64,000 nucleotides of DNA from the NCBI GenBank assembly GCA_035390125.1, contig DAOOTD010000001.1, positions 31,619 through 95,618 on the forward strand, in the 5' to 3' direction. Source of the DNA: Candidatus Moraniibacteriota bacterium (GTDB lineage: Bacteria; Patescibacteriota; Minisyncoccia; Moranbacterales; GWC2-37-73). Numbering within the stretch: the stretch's first letter is position 1; each line of letters starts with the position of its first letter. A program made the position numbers and the translations under genes. Positions 39,192 through 49,472 of this stretch are shown piece by piece. The notes beneath the pieces are model-generated. The model ran no database searches and was not told the origin of the DNA. It saw nothing but the letters and a program-made list of their open reading frames with translations.

Positions 39192-41645
39192 ATGAAATAT
39201 AAAAATCTTACATCGGAAGAAGTTGAAAGAAATCAAATCAAGTTTGGAAAAAATGTTTTGCCGGAAGAAAAAACCGTTCCGGCAATCAGGCTTTTTCTGG
39301 CGCAGTTTGCCAACCCTTTAGTTTATATTCTTTGTTTTGCCGCTCTAATATCTCTCTTTCTTCATAAATATTTTGATATAGCACTCATTCTCTCTGTTGT
39401 TGTTGTTAATGCTATTATGGGATTTTTTCAAGAGAATAAGACGCAAAAAACTTTGGCGGCTCTCAAAAAATTGGTAAAACCGAACGCTAAAGTTTTGCGC
39501 GACAATCAAAGACAGGATATTGAAGCGTCAGAATTGGTTCCGGGGGATGTTGTTTTTCTCGCTGTCGGAGATAAGATTCCGGCTGATGGAAAAATTTTAG
39601 AATCAATCTCTTTTCTGATTAATGAAGCTATCTTAACCGGTGAAAGTGAGGCGGTGGAAAAAAAAGAAGGGGAAGAAGCTTATATGGGAACGATTGTTTC
39701 TTCCGGCCGGGCGGTAATGCAAGTGACGAATATTGGCATCGCGACAAAAATCGGAGAAATTGCCGAAACCCTGAAAGATACGCAGCAGCCGATAACCACT
39801 CTCCAAATCCGTTTGAAAAAATTGACCCAAAATTTAATTTACATTTCAATTTTCTTGGCGGTCTTGGTATTTATTTTTGGTTTTGCAACCGGCCGGGATT
39901 TTTGGCAGATGGCCGAACTTTCCGCCATTCTTTTGGTGGCGATTATTCCCGAAGCCTTGCTTATTGTTATTACTTTGGTATTGGTGCTGGCAATGCGTGA
40001 CAGCCTGAAAAGAAAAGCGCTTATCAGGAAAATTTTAGCGGTGGAAACTTTGGGATCGGTTACGACAATTTGCACGGATAAAACCGGCACGCTCACAGAA
40101 GGAAAAATGAAGATTGTTGAAACTGATTTTTCCGACCAAGAGAATAGTTTTTTGGCAATGTGTCTTTGCAATGACAGGAGTGATACTGTGGAAATTGCGC
40201 TTTGGGATTATCTGGATGGGTTAAAAGATTTTGACCAGCAAGAAAATTTTGATAAATATAACAGAGTTTTTGAAATTCCTTTCGGCAGTGAGCATAAATT
40301 TATGCTTACAGCCAATCATCTTTCAGATGGCAGCGGCAATCATTTTATAGCCATCAAAGGAGCGCCGGAAGTTATTTTGAAAATGTCTAATTTGAGCGAG
40401 GAAGATAAGAAAATAATAACATCCAAAATTCACAGATGGGCAGAAAAAGGACTAAAGGTGCTGGCATTGGCTCACAAAAAAATATCGCAGGAGGAGATAG
40501 AGGAAATAAAAAACAAAAAAATATCCGGATTTGAGTGGAGTGGAATAGTTGGTCTTTGGGATCCGCCGCGAAAAGAAGTGAAAGAAACGCTGGCGATCGC
40601 CAGGGAATCGGGGCTAAAGATAAAGGTGGTGACTGGTGATTACCACCGCACGGCAGTAAAAATTATGGAATCCTTGGGAATGAAGGTTTCGTCCGGCGAG
40701 ATTTTAAAAGGAAGCGAATTGGAAGAATTAAGCGATGAAGAATTAAAAAATAAAATTACCAACATTTTGTTATTTGCCAGGGTAACTCCGGAGCAAAAAC
40801 TGAGGATAGTTACCGCTCTTCAGGAACTGGGAGAAATTGTGGCTATGACCGGAGATGGCGTAAATGATGCGCCAGCGCTCAAAAAATCCAACATTGGAAT
40901 AGTAGTGGGAGATGCTTCGGAGGTAGCTAAGGAAACCGCCGATCTTATACTTCTGGACAATAATTTCAAAACGATTATTTCCGCAATTGAAGCCGGAAGG
41001 TTGGTCTTTGAAAATATCAAAAAGATAATCTTGTTCATCCTTTCCAATTCTTTTGCGGAAGTAGTGGTTATTATGGGTGCTTTGATTTTAGACTGGCCGT
41101 TTCCTCTTACAATCGTTCAAATCCTGTGGCTCCATCTTCTGTGCGACGGGCCGGAGGATTTTATTCTGGGTTTCGAACCAAAAGAAAAAGAAACAATGCT
41201 TGATGGACCCAAAAGAATGGACGAACCGATTTTTGGAAAGCTCAGTATTTTTTTGACTGTAGCAATATCTCTTCTCTCCGGCCTTATCTCTCTCGGCTTT
41301 TTCTGGTACTTCGGTTTATATCAAGGGAATGTAGCTCTTGGTCAGACAATGGCTTTTATGTCGCTGGCTTTCAGCTCTGTTGTTTATATTTTTTCCTGCC
41401 GGACGCTTCGCAAACCGTTTTGGAAATATGAAAATTTTTGGTCCAATAAATGGCTTTTTGCGGTTGTGATTTTTAGTTTATTTTTAGCTACTATTATCAC
41501 GTATTTTCCTCCGACCCAAAAACTTCTAAATCTGATTCCCTTGAATTTATTCCAATGGAGTTTGCTGGTGGCAAAAGCAGTATTGCTGGTTTTGGTTATT
41601 GAAATAGGAAAGTTAACGATGAAGCCAAAAAATAAAAAGAGTTGA
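39192..41645 (+). CDS. P-type cation-transporting ATPase (type II, Ca2+/Mg2+-like)
   Basis: Phosphorylation site ICTDKTGTLT. TGES. Hinge MTGDGVNDAPAL. Confidence 0.9.
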   Translation: MKYKNLTSEEVERNQIKFGKNVLPEEKTVPAIRLFLAQFANPLVYILCFAALISLFLHKYFDIALILSVVVVNAIMGFFQENKTQKTLAALKKLVKPNAKVLRDNQRQDIEASELVPGDVVFLAVGDKIPADGKILESISFLINEAILTGESEAVEKKEGEEAYMGTIVSSGRAVMQVTNIGIATKIGEIAETLKDTQQPITTLQIRLKKLTQNLIYISIFLAVLVFIFGFATGRDFWQMAELSAILLVAIIPEALLIVITLVLVLAMRDSLKRKALIRKILAVETLGSVTTICTDKTGTLTEGKMKIVETDFSDQENSFLAMCLCNDRSDTVEIALWDYLDGLKDFDQQENFDKYNRVFEIPFGSEHKFMLTANHLSDGSGNHFIAIKGAPEVILKMSNLSEEDKKIITSKIHRWAEKGLKVLALAHKKISQEEIEEIKNKKISGFEWSGIVGLWDPPRKEVKETLAIARESGLKIKVVTGDYHRTAVKIMESLGMKVSSGEILKGSELEELSDEELKNKITNILLFARVTPEQKLRIVTALQELGEIVAMTGDGVNDAPALKKSNIGIVVGDASEVAKETADLILLDNNFKTIISAIEAGRLVFENIKKIILFILSNSFAEVVVIMGALILDWPFPLTIVQILWLHLLCDGPEDFILGFEPKEKETMLDGPKRMDEPIFGKLSIFLTVAISLLSGLISLGFFWYFGLYQGNVALGQTMAFMSLAFSSVVYIFSCRTLRKPFWKYENFWSNKWLFAVVIFSLFLATIITYFPPTQKLLNLIPLNLFQWSLLVAKAVLLVLVIEIGKLTMKPKNKKS

Positions 41646-41752
41646 TGGAATTGACAGAAAAAATTATTTTAAACATGTTAGGAAATTTTTCTTCGGAAAA
41701 AATGACGAGAAATTATGTCAATGCTTTTGAGGAAGTTATAATTGAACAATAA
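41626..41752 (+). pseudogene. Duplicated ~125-nt fragment of the 3' end of the GT4 gene (homologous to 37832-37953)
   Basis: Aligns colinearly at ~80% identity, including ...agagttgatg[a/g]aattgacagaaa...tttttcttcggaaaaaatgacga.... The P-type ATPase stop codon lies inside the duplicated segment. Confidence 0.6.
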
Positions 41753-41778
41753 ACTTTGACAAGTAAAAAAATATAGAT

Positions 41779-42390
41779 ATGGAATCGAAAATAAAGAAAA
41801 TTCTTGAAAGAATAGATTTGCTAAATGAAGCGTTAAGAAAAGAATATTCGCAGCTTGGGAAAAAATACGGATTTCTGATAAAACAGCGGAAGGTTATATT
41901 TTTAGAAAAAATCAGGGAAAGAAACAAAAAACTTCGCATACCTGCTTGGAAATACGCTATTCCAAAAAGTATCCGTCACTTTCTTTCCATGCCCTTTATT
42001 TATATGATGATTTTCCCTGTAGTGATCCTGGACATATTCATCACTGTTTATCATTGGGCCGCTTTTCCTCTGTATGGTATTCCGAAAGTCAAAAGAAGGG
42101 AATATATAGTTTACGACAGAAAGTTTCTTGATTATCTTAATGTTATCCAAAAAGTGAATTGTCTGTATTGCAGTTATGCAAACGGTTTCTTTGCTTATTC
42201 TTTGGAGATTGCGGCCCGGACAGAAAGATATTGGTGTCCGATTAAAGCTGCCCATAAACCGAAAGTTTATCATAATTGGTACAAGGATTTTGCCGATTAC
42301 GGAAATCCCGAGGAGTGGAATCATAAATTCAACGACCAAAAAGCCTTTGAAGAATTGAAAAAAATATCTTCGGAAAAACAAAACAAATAA
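41779..42390 (+). CDS. Hypothetical membrane-associated protein
   Basis: 203-aa ORF with a central hydrophobic segment. Preferred over the F-rich antisense ORF 41902-42411. Confidence 0.45.
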   Translation: MESKIKKILERIDLLNEALRKEYSQLGKKYGFLIKQRKVIFLEKIRERNKKLRIPAWKYAIPKSIRHFLSMPFIYMMIFPVVILDIFITVYHWAAFPLYGIPKVKRREYIVYDRKFLDYLNVIQKVNCLYCSYANGFFAYSLEIAARTERYWCPIKAAHKPKVYHNWYKDFADYGNPEEWNHKFNDQKAFEELKKISSEKQNK

Positions 42391-42423
42391 AAACAATTTA
42401 AGCATTTCCAAAATTTGCCGACA

Positions 42424-42443
42424 ATCACCTCCTTTCTAGGGAG
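42424..42443. repeat. Junction/att-like core copy C (atcacctcctttctagggag), a displaced copy of the 16S 3' terminus
   Basis: 20/20 identical to 8153-8172. Followed by a trailer whose 3' part and terminator are homologous to 8340-8415. Confidence 0.6.
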
Positions 42444-42562
42444 TTAAGGTGAAGCTCTGAATTTATTCAGGGTATAATCTATTGGTCTTTCATTGACTTC
42501 GGTCAATGTTCAAATTCGGATAACACAACTTGAGGACTAGCCACAATAGCTTGTGACTTTAA

Positions 42563-42588
42563 AAAACACCCTGGAGGGTGTTTTTTGC
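42563..42588 (+). terminator. Rho-independent terminator (aacaccc-tgga-gggtgtt + T6), homologous to 8391-8415
   Basis: Hairpin plus T-run. Both copies share aacacc...ggtgttttttgcgt. Confidence 0.6.
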
Positions 42589-42652
42589 GTCCTTGTTATT
42601 TTATTTCCTCATGTTAAAATTTATTAAAAGTACTTTTATAAAGGAGGGTTAA

Positions 42653-42859
42653 ATGAAAATTATTGTTTATGGACAATTTGTAAGAGCCGCACTTATCGGT
42701 TTGATGCAAAAAATTAAAGCTTTATGGTGCCCATTGCCCAAAAGAAACTTTGTCCAAGGAAGCACTAGGGGAGAACTTTGGCGACCTGCCAATCTTGAAG
42801 AAGTATCGCTTCGCGCAAGTCAGTCAGCGGCAGAGTTCTGCAAAATGTTTCAGTCATAA
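42653..42859 (+). CDS. Small hypothetical protein (68 aa) with consensus SD
   Basis: aaaggaggg 8 nt upstream of the ATG. A terminator-like hairpin aaagggt...acccttttt follows at ~42880-42912. Confidence 0.4.
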   Translation: MKIIVYGQFVRAALIGLMQKIKALWCPLPKRNFVQGSTRGELWRPANLEEVSLRASQSAAEFCKMFQS

Positions 42860-42961
42860 TTTTATCTCAAGAGAAAAAAATAAAGGGTTCGGCAATTGCT
42901 GTACCCTTTTTTATTTGGTCTTGTCTTCTTATCTAACAGGGGTAGAATAGAGGAAAGAAAT

Positions 42962-43789
42962 ATGAATAATAAAAAAAACGGGGCAATTGGCATATTCGAT
43001 TCCGGTCTTGGAGGGCTAAATGTCATGAAAGGACTCATCAAAGAATTGCCGGAATACAATTACATATATTTAGGGGATACAGCGCGGGTGCCTTATGGAA
43101 ACCGATCGGAAAATATTATCTATGAATTTACTAAACAAGCAGTAGATTTTCTTTTTAACAGCGGATGCGAAATCATAATTTTTGCTTGTAACACAGTATC
43201 CAGTGATGCTCTTAGAAAAATACAGCAAGAATATTTGCCAAAAAAATATCCACGGAAACAAGTTTTAGGCGTGATTATTCCAACGGTTGAATATGCTATT
43301 TTAAAAACTAAAAACAAAAGGATTGGAGTAATTGCGACTAAAGGCACAGTAATGTCTGATGCTTTTAAGAGGGAATTTTTGAAAGTTGATAGTAAGGTGA
43401 AGGTTTTTCAGAATCCTTGTCCACTGTTGGTACCGATTGTGGAAGCTGGCGAACAAAATTCAAAAACAGTTGATATTATTTTGCAAAAGTATCTAAAGCC
43501 ATTACTTATCAAAAAAATAGACATATTGATTTTGGGCTGCACTCATTACGGAGTTTTTAAAAACAAAATTAAAAAAATAATTGGGGGAAAAATAAAAATA
43601 ATTTCTGAGCCAAAAATTGTTGCAAAAAAATTAAAAGAATATTTGCAAAGGCATCCTGAATTAAATAGAAAATTGGCAAAAAATTCAAAATATGTTTTTT
43701 GTTCCACAGATCTAACAGATAGATTTGAAAAATTAGGCAGTAAAATTTTTAGCAGGAAAATTAAAGTAAAAAAGGTAAAAATATGCTAA
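42962..43789 (+). CDS. murI: Glutamate racemase
   Basis: GIFDSGLGGL. CNT (FACNTVS). GCTHY. Start chosen at MNNKKNG within the listed ORF 42896-43789. Confidence 0.85.
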   Translation: MNNKKNGAIGIFDSGLGGLNVMKGLIKELPEYNYIYLGDTARVPYGNRSENIIYEFTKQAVDFLFNSGCEIIIFACNTVSSDALRKIQQEYLPKKYPRKQVLGVIIPTVEYAILKTKNKRIGVIATKGTVMSDAFKREFLKVDSKVKVFQNPCPLLVPIVEAGEQNSKTVDIILQKYLKPLLIKKIDILILGCTHYGVFKNKIKKIIGGKIKIISEPKIVAKKLKEYLQRHPELNRKLAKNSKYVFCSTDLTDRFEKLGSKIFSRKIKVKKVKIC

Positions 43790-43856
43790 AGGAAATCAGC
43801 GATTAGTGGAAGAAAATAAATAGAGCTTAACCCTGTTTTTGTGTTATTATTTATCT

Positions 43857-44963
43857 ATGAATAAAGAAATTAAAATTGAAGATTTAGGCTGGGATGAATT
43901 TTTTGAATCTAATCGAAAAAAATTTGAGTTGGATAATTTTCAGGTTGCGCGCGTGATTGCTGAACATAGGGGAGCATACAAAATTAAAAATGCCAGTGGA
44001 GAATATCTGGCTAAAATAACAGGGAAGCAGATGTTTAAAGCAAAATCGCGGGAAGATTTTCCGGCCGTCGGAGATTGGGTGGCCATTACTGAGGCTGATA
44101 AAGAACAGGCGACAATCCAAAAAGTATTGCCGAGAAGAACCGTGATGAAAAGAAAATATGGCGACAAGAATAAAATTGGTGAAAAAAATGAAACTCAAAT
44201 CATCGCGGCTAACATTGACGTGGCGTTTGTCATTGAGTCAATTGACCGAGACTTCAATCTGAATCGCATTGAAAGATATTTTGCTATTGCAAGCGATGGC
44301 GGCATAAAGTCGGTTGTTATTTTGAATAAAACAGATTTAATTTCGAGGGAAGAATTGGAAATAAAAATCAGTGAAATAAAAAATCGGCTGGTGGATGCTA
44401 ATGTTATTGCCACTAGCACTTTGACCAATGAAGGATTGGCAGAATTAAAAAAATATATAGCCCCAGGAAAAACTTATTGTTTTCTCGGTTCGTCAGGCGT
44501 CGGAAAATCTTCCCTAATTAATAAATTGATCGGAGAGGATATTATAAAAACCGAAAACATTGGAGTGCGTTCGGGCAGAGGCAAACACGTAACTACCGGA
44601 CGAGAAATGTATTTTTTGACCAATGGTGGAATTGTGATTGACAATCCCGGAGTTCGGGAAGTGGGAATGACGGACACGGGCGCCGGTGTGAATGATTTGT
44701 TTGATGAAATAAATGCATTGTCAAAAAATTGCAAATTTGTTGATTGCACGCATACACAAGAACCTGGTTGCGCAGTTTTAGTGGAACTTCAGGCGGGTAA
44801 GTTGGATGAAAGCAAATATGCCAATTATATCAGTCTCAAAAGAGAGGCTGAGCATTATGAAATGTCAGAAATAGAGAAAAAAGAAAAAAATCGAAGTTTT
44901 GGAAAATTTTTAAAAAATGCAAAAAAAGAATTGAAAAAATCAGGACTTAAATATTTTGACTAA
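43857..44963 (+). CDS. rsgA: Ribosome small-subunit-dependent GTPase A (RsgA/YjeQ)
   Basis: Circularly permuted GTPase (NKTDL before GSSGVGKSSLIN). C-terminal zinc finger CKFVDCTHTQEPGC. Confidence 0.8.
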   Translation: MNKEIKIEDLGWDEFFESNRKKFELDNFQVARVIAEHRGAYKIKNASGEYLAKITGKQMFKAKSREDFPAVGDWVAITEADKEQATIQKVLPRRTVMKRKYGDKNKIGEKNETQIIAANIDVAFVIESIDRDFNLNRIERYFAIASDGGIKSVVILNKTDLISREELEIKISEIKNRLVDANVIATSTLTNEGLAELKKYIAPGKTYCFLGSSGVGKSSLINKLIGEDIIKTENIGVRSGRGKHVTTGREMYFLTNGGIVIDNPGVREVGMTDTGAGVNDLFDEINALSKNCKFVDCTHTQEPGCAVLVELQAGKLDESKYANYISLKREAEHYEMSEIEKKEKNRSFGKFLKNAKKELKKSGLKYFD

Positions 44964-45036
44964 GCCCGATTTTAATAGATTGCAATTCATAATTCACAGC
45001 TAAGCTTTCTGTATTTTAAATATACGCAGTCCCTTT

Positions 45037-47526
45037 CTATGAAAGCATGATGACGGGATTATTTGTTATTTCATTTTCTGAATCATTTTCCTGAAATGTA
45101 ATAGATTCTGCTCTGGCTACAAAAACAAGATCATTCCAGAAAGGCAACAAGAGATACTTTTCTTCTTTGGTTCCTTTAAGAATAATGGGTGGAAGTTGAG
45201 CGTTAGCGGATAATTTAATGGAAGTTTTATATTTTCGAACCGCACTAATGGCTTTAAGCATCAACTCCATTCCAATAGATTCGTCTTTATTGAGAAGATT
45301 TGTTTCTCCAGTTGGCCAATCAGTAAGGTGAATGCTATTTATACCTTCATGATGGGCAAAGAATCCGGAATCTATGTCACTTGTAAATTTACCCTCAGGA
45401 GATAACTCCGCATGAAACATTTCTTCCGTAATATGGGGAAGAAGCGGAGAAATCATTTTTAATGCAATAAGATATACATGATAAAGCGCGTATTGAGCCG
45501 ATAGTCTTTTTGTTTGAGAAGAATCTTCAGTAGTCCATAATCTGCCTTTAACAATTTCAAGATAATTATCGCATAAATCATTCCAGAACCATTCTTCAAA
45601 AGTTTGTCTAGCGTGGCTGTATTCATAGCGTTCAAATTCTTTAGCCATAGTTGCTGCAGTAGCATGAGCACGATTTATTATCCATCTGTCAATTGCCTCC
45701 AATTCTGAAATTTTTTCTCCTTTATAATCGCGAAGATTATCCAAAATTAATTTTCCTGCGTTGTAAATCTTGGTTATAAGTTTTTTTCCCTTTTTTACCT
45801 CTAATTCATCATAAAAAGCATCTCGTCCAAGGGTAGCTCCATACATAGTATAACGAATTGCGTCAGCAGAATGTTCAGCGATTAGTTCTTCAGGCTTGTG
45901 TTTTCCTCCGCCAGTTTTTTTACTTATTTTTTCGCCCTTTCTAAGCAATAGGTGGCCAGAAATCATAAGTTCACGCCAGGGAATGTTTTGATGGCGGTAG
46001 AAAGCCATAAGAACAGAATACATTACCCAAGTACGTATTATGTCGTGACCCTGAGGCCTCATTGACATAGGATACATTTTTCCAGTTAATTTTCCGTTTC
46101 CAGGGAAGTAGTTGTTTATATCAGGGGTAAGTGCTGAAGTAAACCAAGTATCAAGGACGTTCTTTTCAGGAATCATTTTTCCTTTGCCGCAATAATCACA
46201 AGTATGAATTTCAGTATCTATTTTTGGATTAACTGGTAAAGATTCTGTTTCGGGAATGAAAACATGGCCACAGGAGTCACATACATAAGCAGGAATAGGA
46301 ACGCCGAAAAACCTTTCTCGAGATATACACCAGTCCCATTTAAGTCCAGACACCCACTCTTCGTAGCGTTTTCGCATATATTCAGGGTGCCAGATTATTT
46401 TGCGTCCAGCGTCCAACAGATCTTCTTTTTTATCAAGAACTTTTACAAACCATTGTTTGGTCGGTATGAGTTCGATTGGAACACCGCAACGTTCATGAAC
46501 TCCCACATCATGTTTTATGGGCTGTTCCTTGCGGATTGCATTAAGTTCTCGAAGCTTAGAGATAATAATTTTTCTTGTCTCTCCTATTGTTTTTCCTGCT
46601 ATTTCTGGAAAGTCTTCCAAATATGATATTTTTCCTTCCGGAGTAAAAATAATTTTTTCTGGAAGATTATGCTTACGTTTCCAAAAAACATCAGTCTCAT
46701 CTCCATATGTGCAGCACATAACTGCGCCTGTTCCTTTTTCTACTGATACTTTATCATCAGCAATAATGGTTACTTTTTTTCCAAGTGGGGAAATTGCAAA
46801 CTTTCCAATCTGGGGTAAATATCTTTCATCTTCTGGGTGGACAAAAACAGCTACGATAGCAGGCAGAAGCTCGGGGCGGGTAGTTGAAATTATAAGCTCT
46901 TCTCCATTTTCACAAGTAAACACAATATCATAAAACATAGCATCAATTTCTTTATCTTCAACTTCAGCCTGTGCTACAGATGTATGGCAATTATGGCAAT
47001 AAAGTGCAACAGCCTCCTTTTGGTATATTGCATCCTTTTCGTATAATTCCTTGAATACCGTTTGTGCCAGCTTTTGAGATTCAGTTGATATTGAAGAGTA
47101 TGACAAATCCCAATCAATGCTAAGCCCAAGAGATTTCCAAAGATTAGTATATTTTTTCTTATATACTTCAGTAACTTCCAAACAAATTTTTACGAATTCT
47201 GCAAGAGGCATAGTGCTTCCCTGAATATTGTGTTCTTTTTCGACAAGCCTTTCAGTAGGAAGACCATTATTGTCATATCCCATTGGATAGCGGACATTAA
47301 AGCCTGCTAAACGGCGAAATCGTGCAATAACCTCTGCCTGAGTATATGAGAATACATGGCCCAAATGAAGTGATCCTGATATGGTAGGAGGAGGGGTGTC
47401 AATAGTAAAAAGTGGTTTTATTGAATCAGGATCAAATCTGTTTATTTTCTCATTTTCCCAAAAATTTTGCCAATAAGACTCTCTATTCTGAGGTATGTAT
47501 GATTCTTTTTCTCCTTTATTTTTCAT
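45037..47526 (-). CDS. Class Ia aminoacyl-tRNA synthetase, most likely valyl-tRNA synthetase
   Basis: PPPTISGSLHLGH (ValRS-like PPPxxxGxLHxGH). WCISRER..GVPIP. KISKK (KMSKS-like). At 829 aa it is short for IleRS, so the ValRS vs IleRS call stays tentative. Confidence 0.7.
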   Translation of the reverse strand: MKNKGEKESYIPQNRESYWQNFWENEKINRFDPDSIKPLFTIDTPPPTISGSLHLGHVFSYTQAEVIARFRRLAGFNVRYPMGYDNNGLPTERLVEKEHNIQGSTMPLAEFVKICLEVTEVYKKKYTNLWKSLGLSIDWDLSYSSISTESQKLAQTVFKELYEKDAIYQKEAVALYCHNCHTSVAQAEVEDKEIDAMFYDIVFTCENGEELIISTTRPELLPAIVAVFVHPEDERYLPQIGKFAISPLGKKVTIIADDKVSVEKGTGAVMCCTYGDETDVFWKRKHNLPEKIIFTPEGKISYLEDFPEIAGKTIGETRKIIISKLRELNAIRKEQPIKHDVGVHERCGVPIELIPTKQWFVKVLDKKEDLLDAGRKIIWHPEYMRKRYEEWVSGLKWDWCISRERFFGVPIPAYVCDSCGHVFIPETESLPVNPKIDTEIHTCDYCGKGKMIPEKNVLDTWFTSALTPDINNYFPGNGKLTGKMYPMSMRPQGHDIIRTWVMYSVLMAFYRHQNIPWRELMISGHLLLRKGEKISKKTGGGKHKPEELIAEHSADAIRYTMYGATLGRDAFYDELEVKKGKKLITKIYNAGKLILDNLRDYKGEKISELEAIDRWIINRAHATAATMAKEFERYEYSHARQTFEEWFWNDLCDNYLEIVKGRLWTTEDSSQTKRLSAQYALYHVYLIALKMISPLLPHITEEMFHAELSPEGKFTSDIDSGFFAHHEGINSIHLTDWPTGETNLLNKDESIGMELMLKAISAVRKYKTSIKLSANAQLPPIILKGTKEEKYLLLPFWNDLVFVARAESITFQENDSENEITNNPVIMLS

Positions 47527-47737
47527 GGTTTTTCCCTGATTTATTTGAATTAAGCTTTTTTACTTTAACATGATTTTCTTCAATAGTAAAGATTTATTGC
47601 CAAAAAAATAATATAAAATTAAAAAGGCGGTAAAATAAATTTATGAAATATAATATGAATAAATTTTATTTTTTGCACTGGATAAATCTATTATTGTTTA
47701 TGGCAAAAATTTCATTATTAAATTATAATATAAACAT

Positions 47738-48307
47738 ATGAAATACACAGAAAAAATTCAAAAGGCAATAAAGTTTGCTACTAAAACGCATGATGTTTAC
47801 CAAAAACAAAAAAGGAAAGGCAAAGATATTTCCTATATCACTCATCCACTAACCGTAGGAATAATTTTGGCGATAATCGGAAAAAATGAGGATATAATAT
47901 CAGCTGGAATTTTGCACGATACAATAGAGGACTCAATAGAAGAAAAAAAAGTTGACTATAAAATGCTGGAGCAAAGGTTTGGGAAAAAAGTCGCTCGTGA
48001 TGTTTTAAGTGTAACAGAAACAGAAAAAAGATTGTCCTGGGCGAAAAGAAAGGAAAAAGCCTTGAAGCATATAGAGCAATTTTCCCATTCATCGGTTTTA
48101 ATAAAATCAGCTGATATTTTAGCTAACGGGCGTGAATTGATAGATGACTATCATAGAGAGGGCGAGGCTGTTTTTGACAGGTTTAATGCAGGAAGGAATG
48201 ATGTTCTTGCAAATTATCAGAAGGTTATCGCAGCATTGCTTAAACGCTGGAAGGACAATCCCTTATCAAAGGATCTGAAAAAGTTAGCTGAAAATTTGCC
48301 CAAATAA
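47738..48307 (+). CDS. HD-domain phosphohydrolase, RelA/SpoT-type (p)ppGpp hydrolase-like (small alarmone hydrolase candidate)
   Basis: HPLTVGIILA...AGILHDTIEDS (H...HD...D). Confidence 0.7.
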   Translation: MKYTEKIQKAIKFATKTHDVYQKQKRKGKDISYITHPLTVGIILAIIGKNEDIISAGILHDTIEDSIEEKKVDYKMLEQRFGKKVARDVLSVTETEKRLSWAKRKEKALKHIEQFSHSSVLIKSADILANGRELIDDYHREGEAVFDRFNAGRNDVLANYQKVIAALLKRWKDNPLSKDLKKLAENLPK

Positions 48308-48351
48308 ACTAGCAATATGATTTTTTTCCAGTTTATGATATAATTTTACAA

Positions 48352-49455
48352 GTGATGAAAAAAATAAAGAATACTAAAAAAATATTAAAATATAACCTGT
48401 TGGTAGCTGGCATTTTTGTTTTTGCTTACCTGATTTTCGGATTTATAGGTAGTCAAAAAATGTCTTTTTCGGAGATTAAAAATGAAGGACGTATAGCTGG
48501 AACAATGATTTCAGTTTTCGTAAGTCCTTTTGTAAAAGTAACCACATTTGACGGAAAAAATATTGAAGATTTCAGTGGCACCCCTTCGACAAAACAAAAG
48601 AGACCAATATTTACTGGAACATCAAGTATTTCAAATGCTATTATAGAATTAGAAATACAAGAAAAGAACAAAACAATCTATGCAACAACCATAGCCGATG
48701 GCAGTGGTAATTGGGAATGGCTTCCATCAGAAGATCTATCAGAAGGAACCAATACTTTATACATAGAGACTAGCGATCCTGCAGAACCTGCTTTTGTAGC
48801 TACATTTTCATTCTTATTTGAAATTCAGAAAAAAAGTAATGGAGAAGATGAGGATGACGATGAAGATAAAGATGAAACAGCAATTTTACCACCTTCTTCT
48901 TATACAATAAATGAGCCTCAAAAAGGAAATGCCGCACTAGCCGAAAGGCCTGTGGATTTTAGTTTGCTAATCAACAAAGGCAAAGAAGTCTTTAGAGGCG
49001 ACAATCTGGAAATAGAAGTTACCTTCCTAAATGTTAAAGATGATTTTGGCGAAGTTACTATTTCGTTCGTCCTTATTTCACCTGATAATAAAGTTATAAA
49101 AGAATACCCTTATGTAATTTATCTCAAAAACAACGAAAAGGTAACAAGAAAAATATATCTTCCAAATGACTTGAAGCTCGGAAAATATAAACTCCAGGCC
49201 AATTTGACTGTCAAAGACAATATTATCAGTCAGGAAAGATCTTTTTTCTTGAAAGATAGGCCTATAATGGAAATAGGAACGGGGAATATTATTACTTACG
49301 ATGATATAATAAATAATTTAGGATGGATCGGGCTGTACTTTTTAGTATTTTTGTCGATTATCATTTTTTTAATCAGGAGAGAATATATTATATATAAGAG
49401 ATCAAGAAATCACGTCACAGAAGAAGTTCTCTACAAAAAAGGATTTATTAGTTAA
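48352..49455 (+). CDS. Hypothetical secreted/membrane protein with an acidic DE-rich stretch and C-terminal TM
   Basis: N-terminal TM. EDEDDDEDKDE. C-terminal hydrophobic helix. Confidence 0.45.
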   Translation: MMKKIKNTKKILKYNLLVAGIFVFAYLIFGFIGSQKMSFSEIKNEGRIAGTMISVFVSPFVKVTTFDGKNIEDFSGTPSTKQKRPIFTGTSSISNAIIELEIQEKNKTIYATTIADGSGNWEWLPSEDLSEGTNTLYIETSDPAEPAFVATFSFLFEIQKKSNGEDEDDDEDKDETAILPPSSYTINEPQKGNAALAERPVDFSLLINKGKEVFRGDNLEIEVTFLNVKDDFGEVTISFVLISPDNKVIKEYPYVIYLKNNEKVTRKIYLPNDLKLGKYKLQANLTVKDNIISQERSFFLKDRPIMEIGTGNIITYDDIINNLGWIGLYFLVFLSIIIFLIRREYIIYKRSRNHVTEEVLYKKGFIS

Positions 49456-49472
49456 AAATTAAAATAAAAAAT

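Noticed and set aside
41902-42411. 169-aa minus-strand ORF antisense to 41779-42390
   Set aside because: F/L-rich composition typical of antisense frames in AT-rich DNA. The plus-strand ORF has a more protein-like composition.
46264-46933. Two plus-strand ORFs (120 and 138 aa) inside the ValRS-like gene
   Set aside because: They are antisense to a long, motif-bearing aaRS gene, and their composition is not protein-like.
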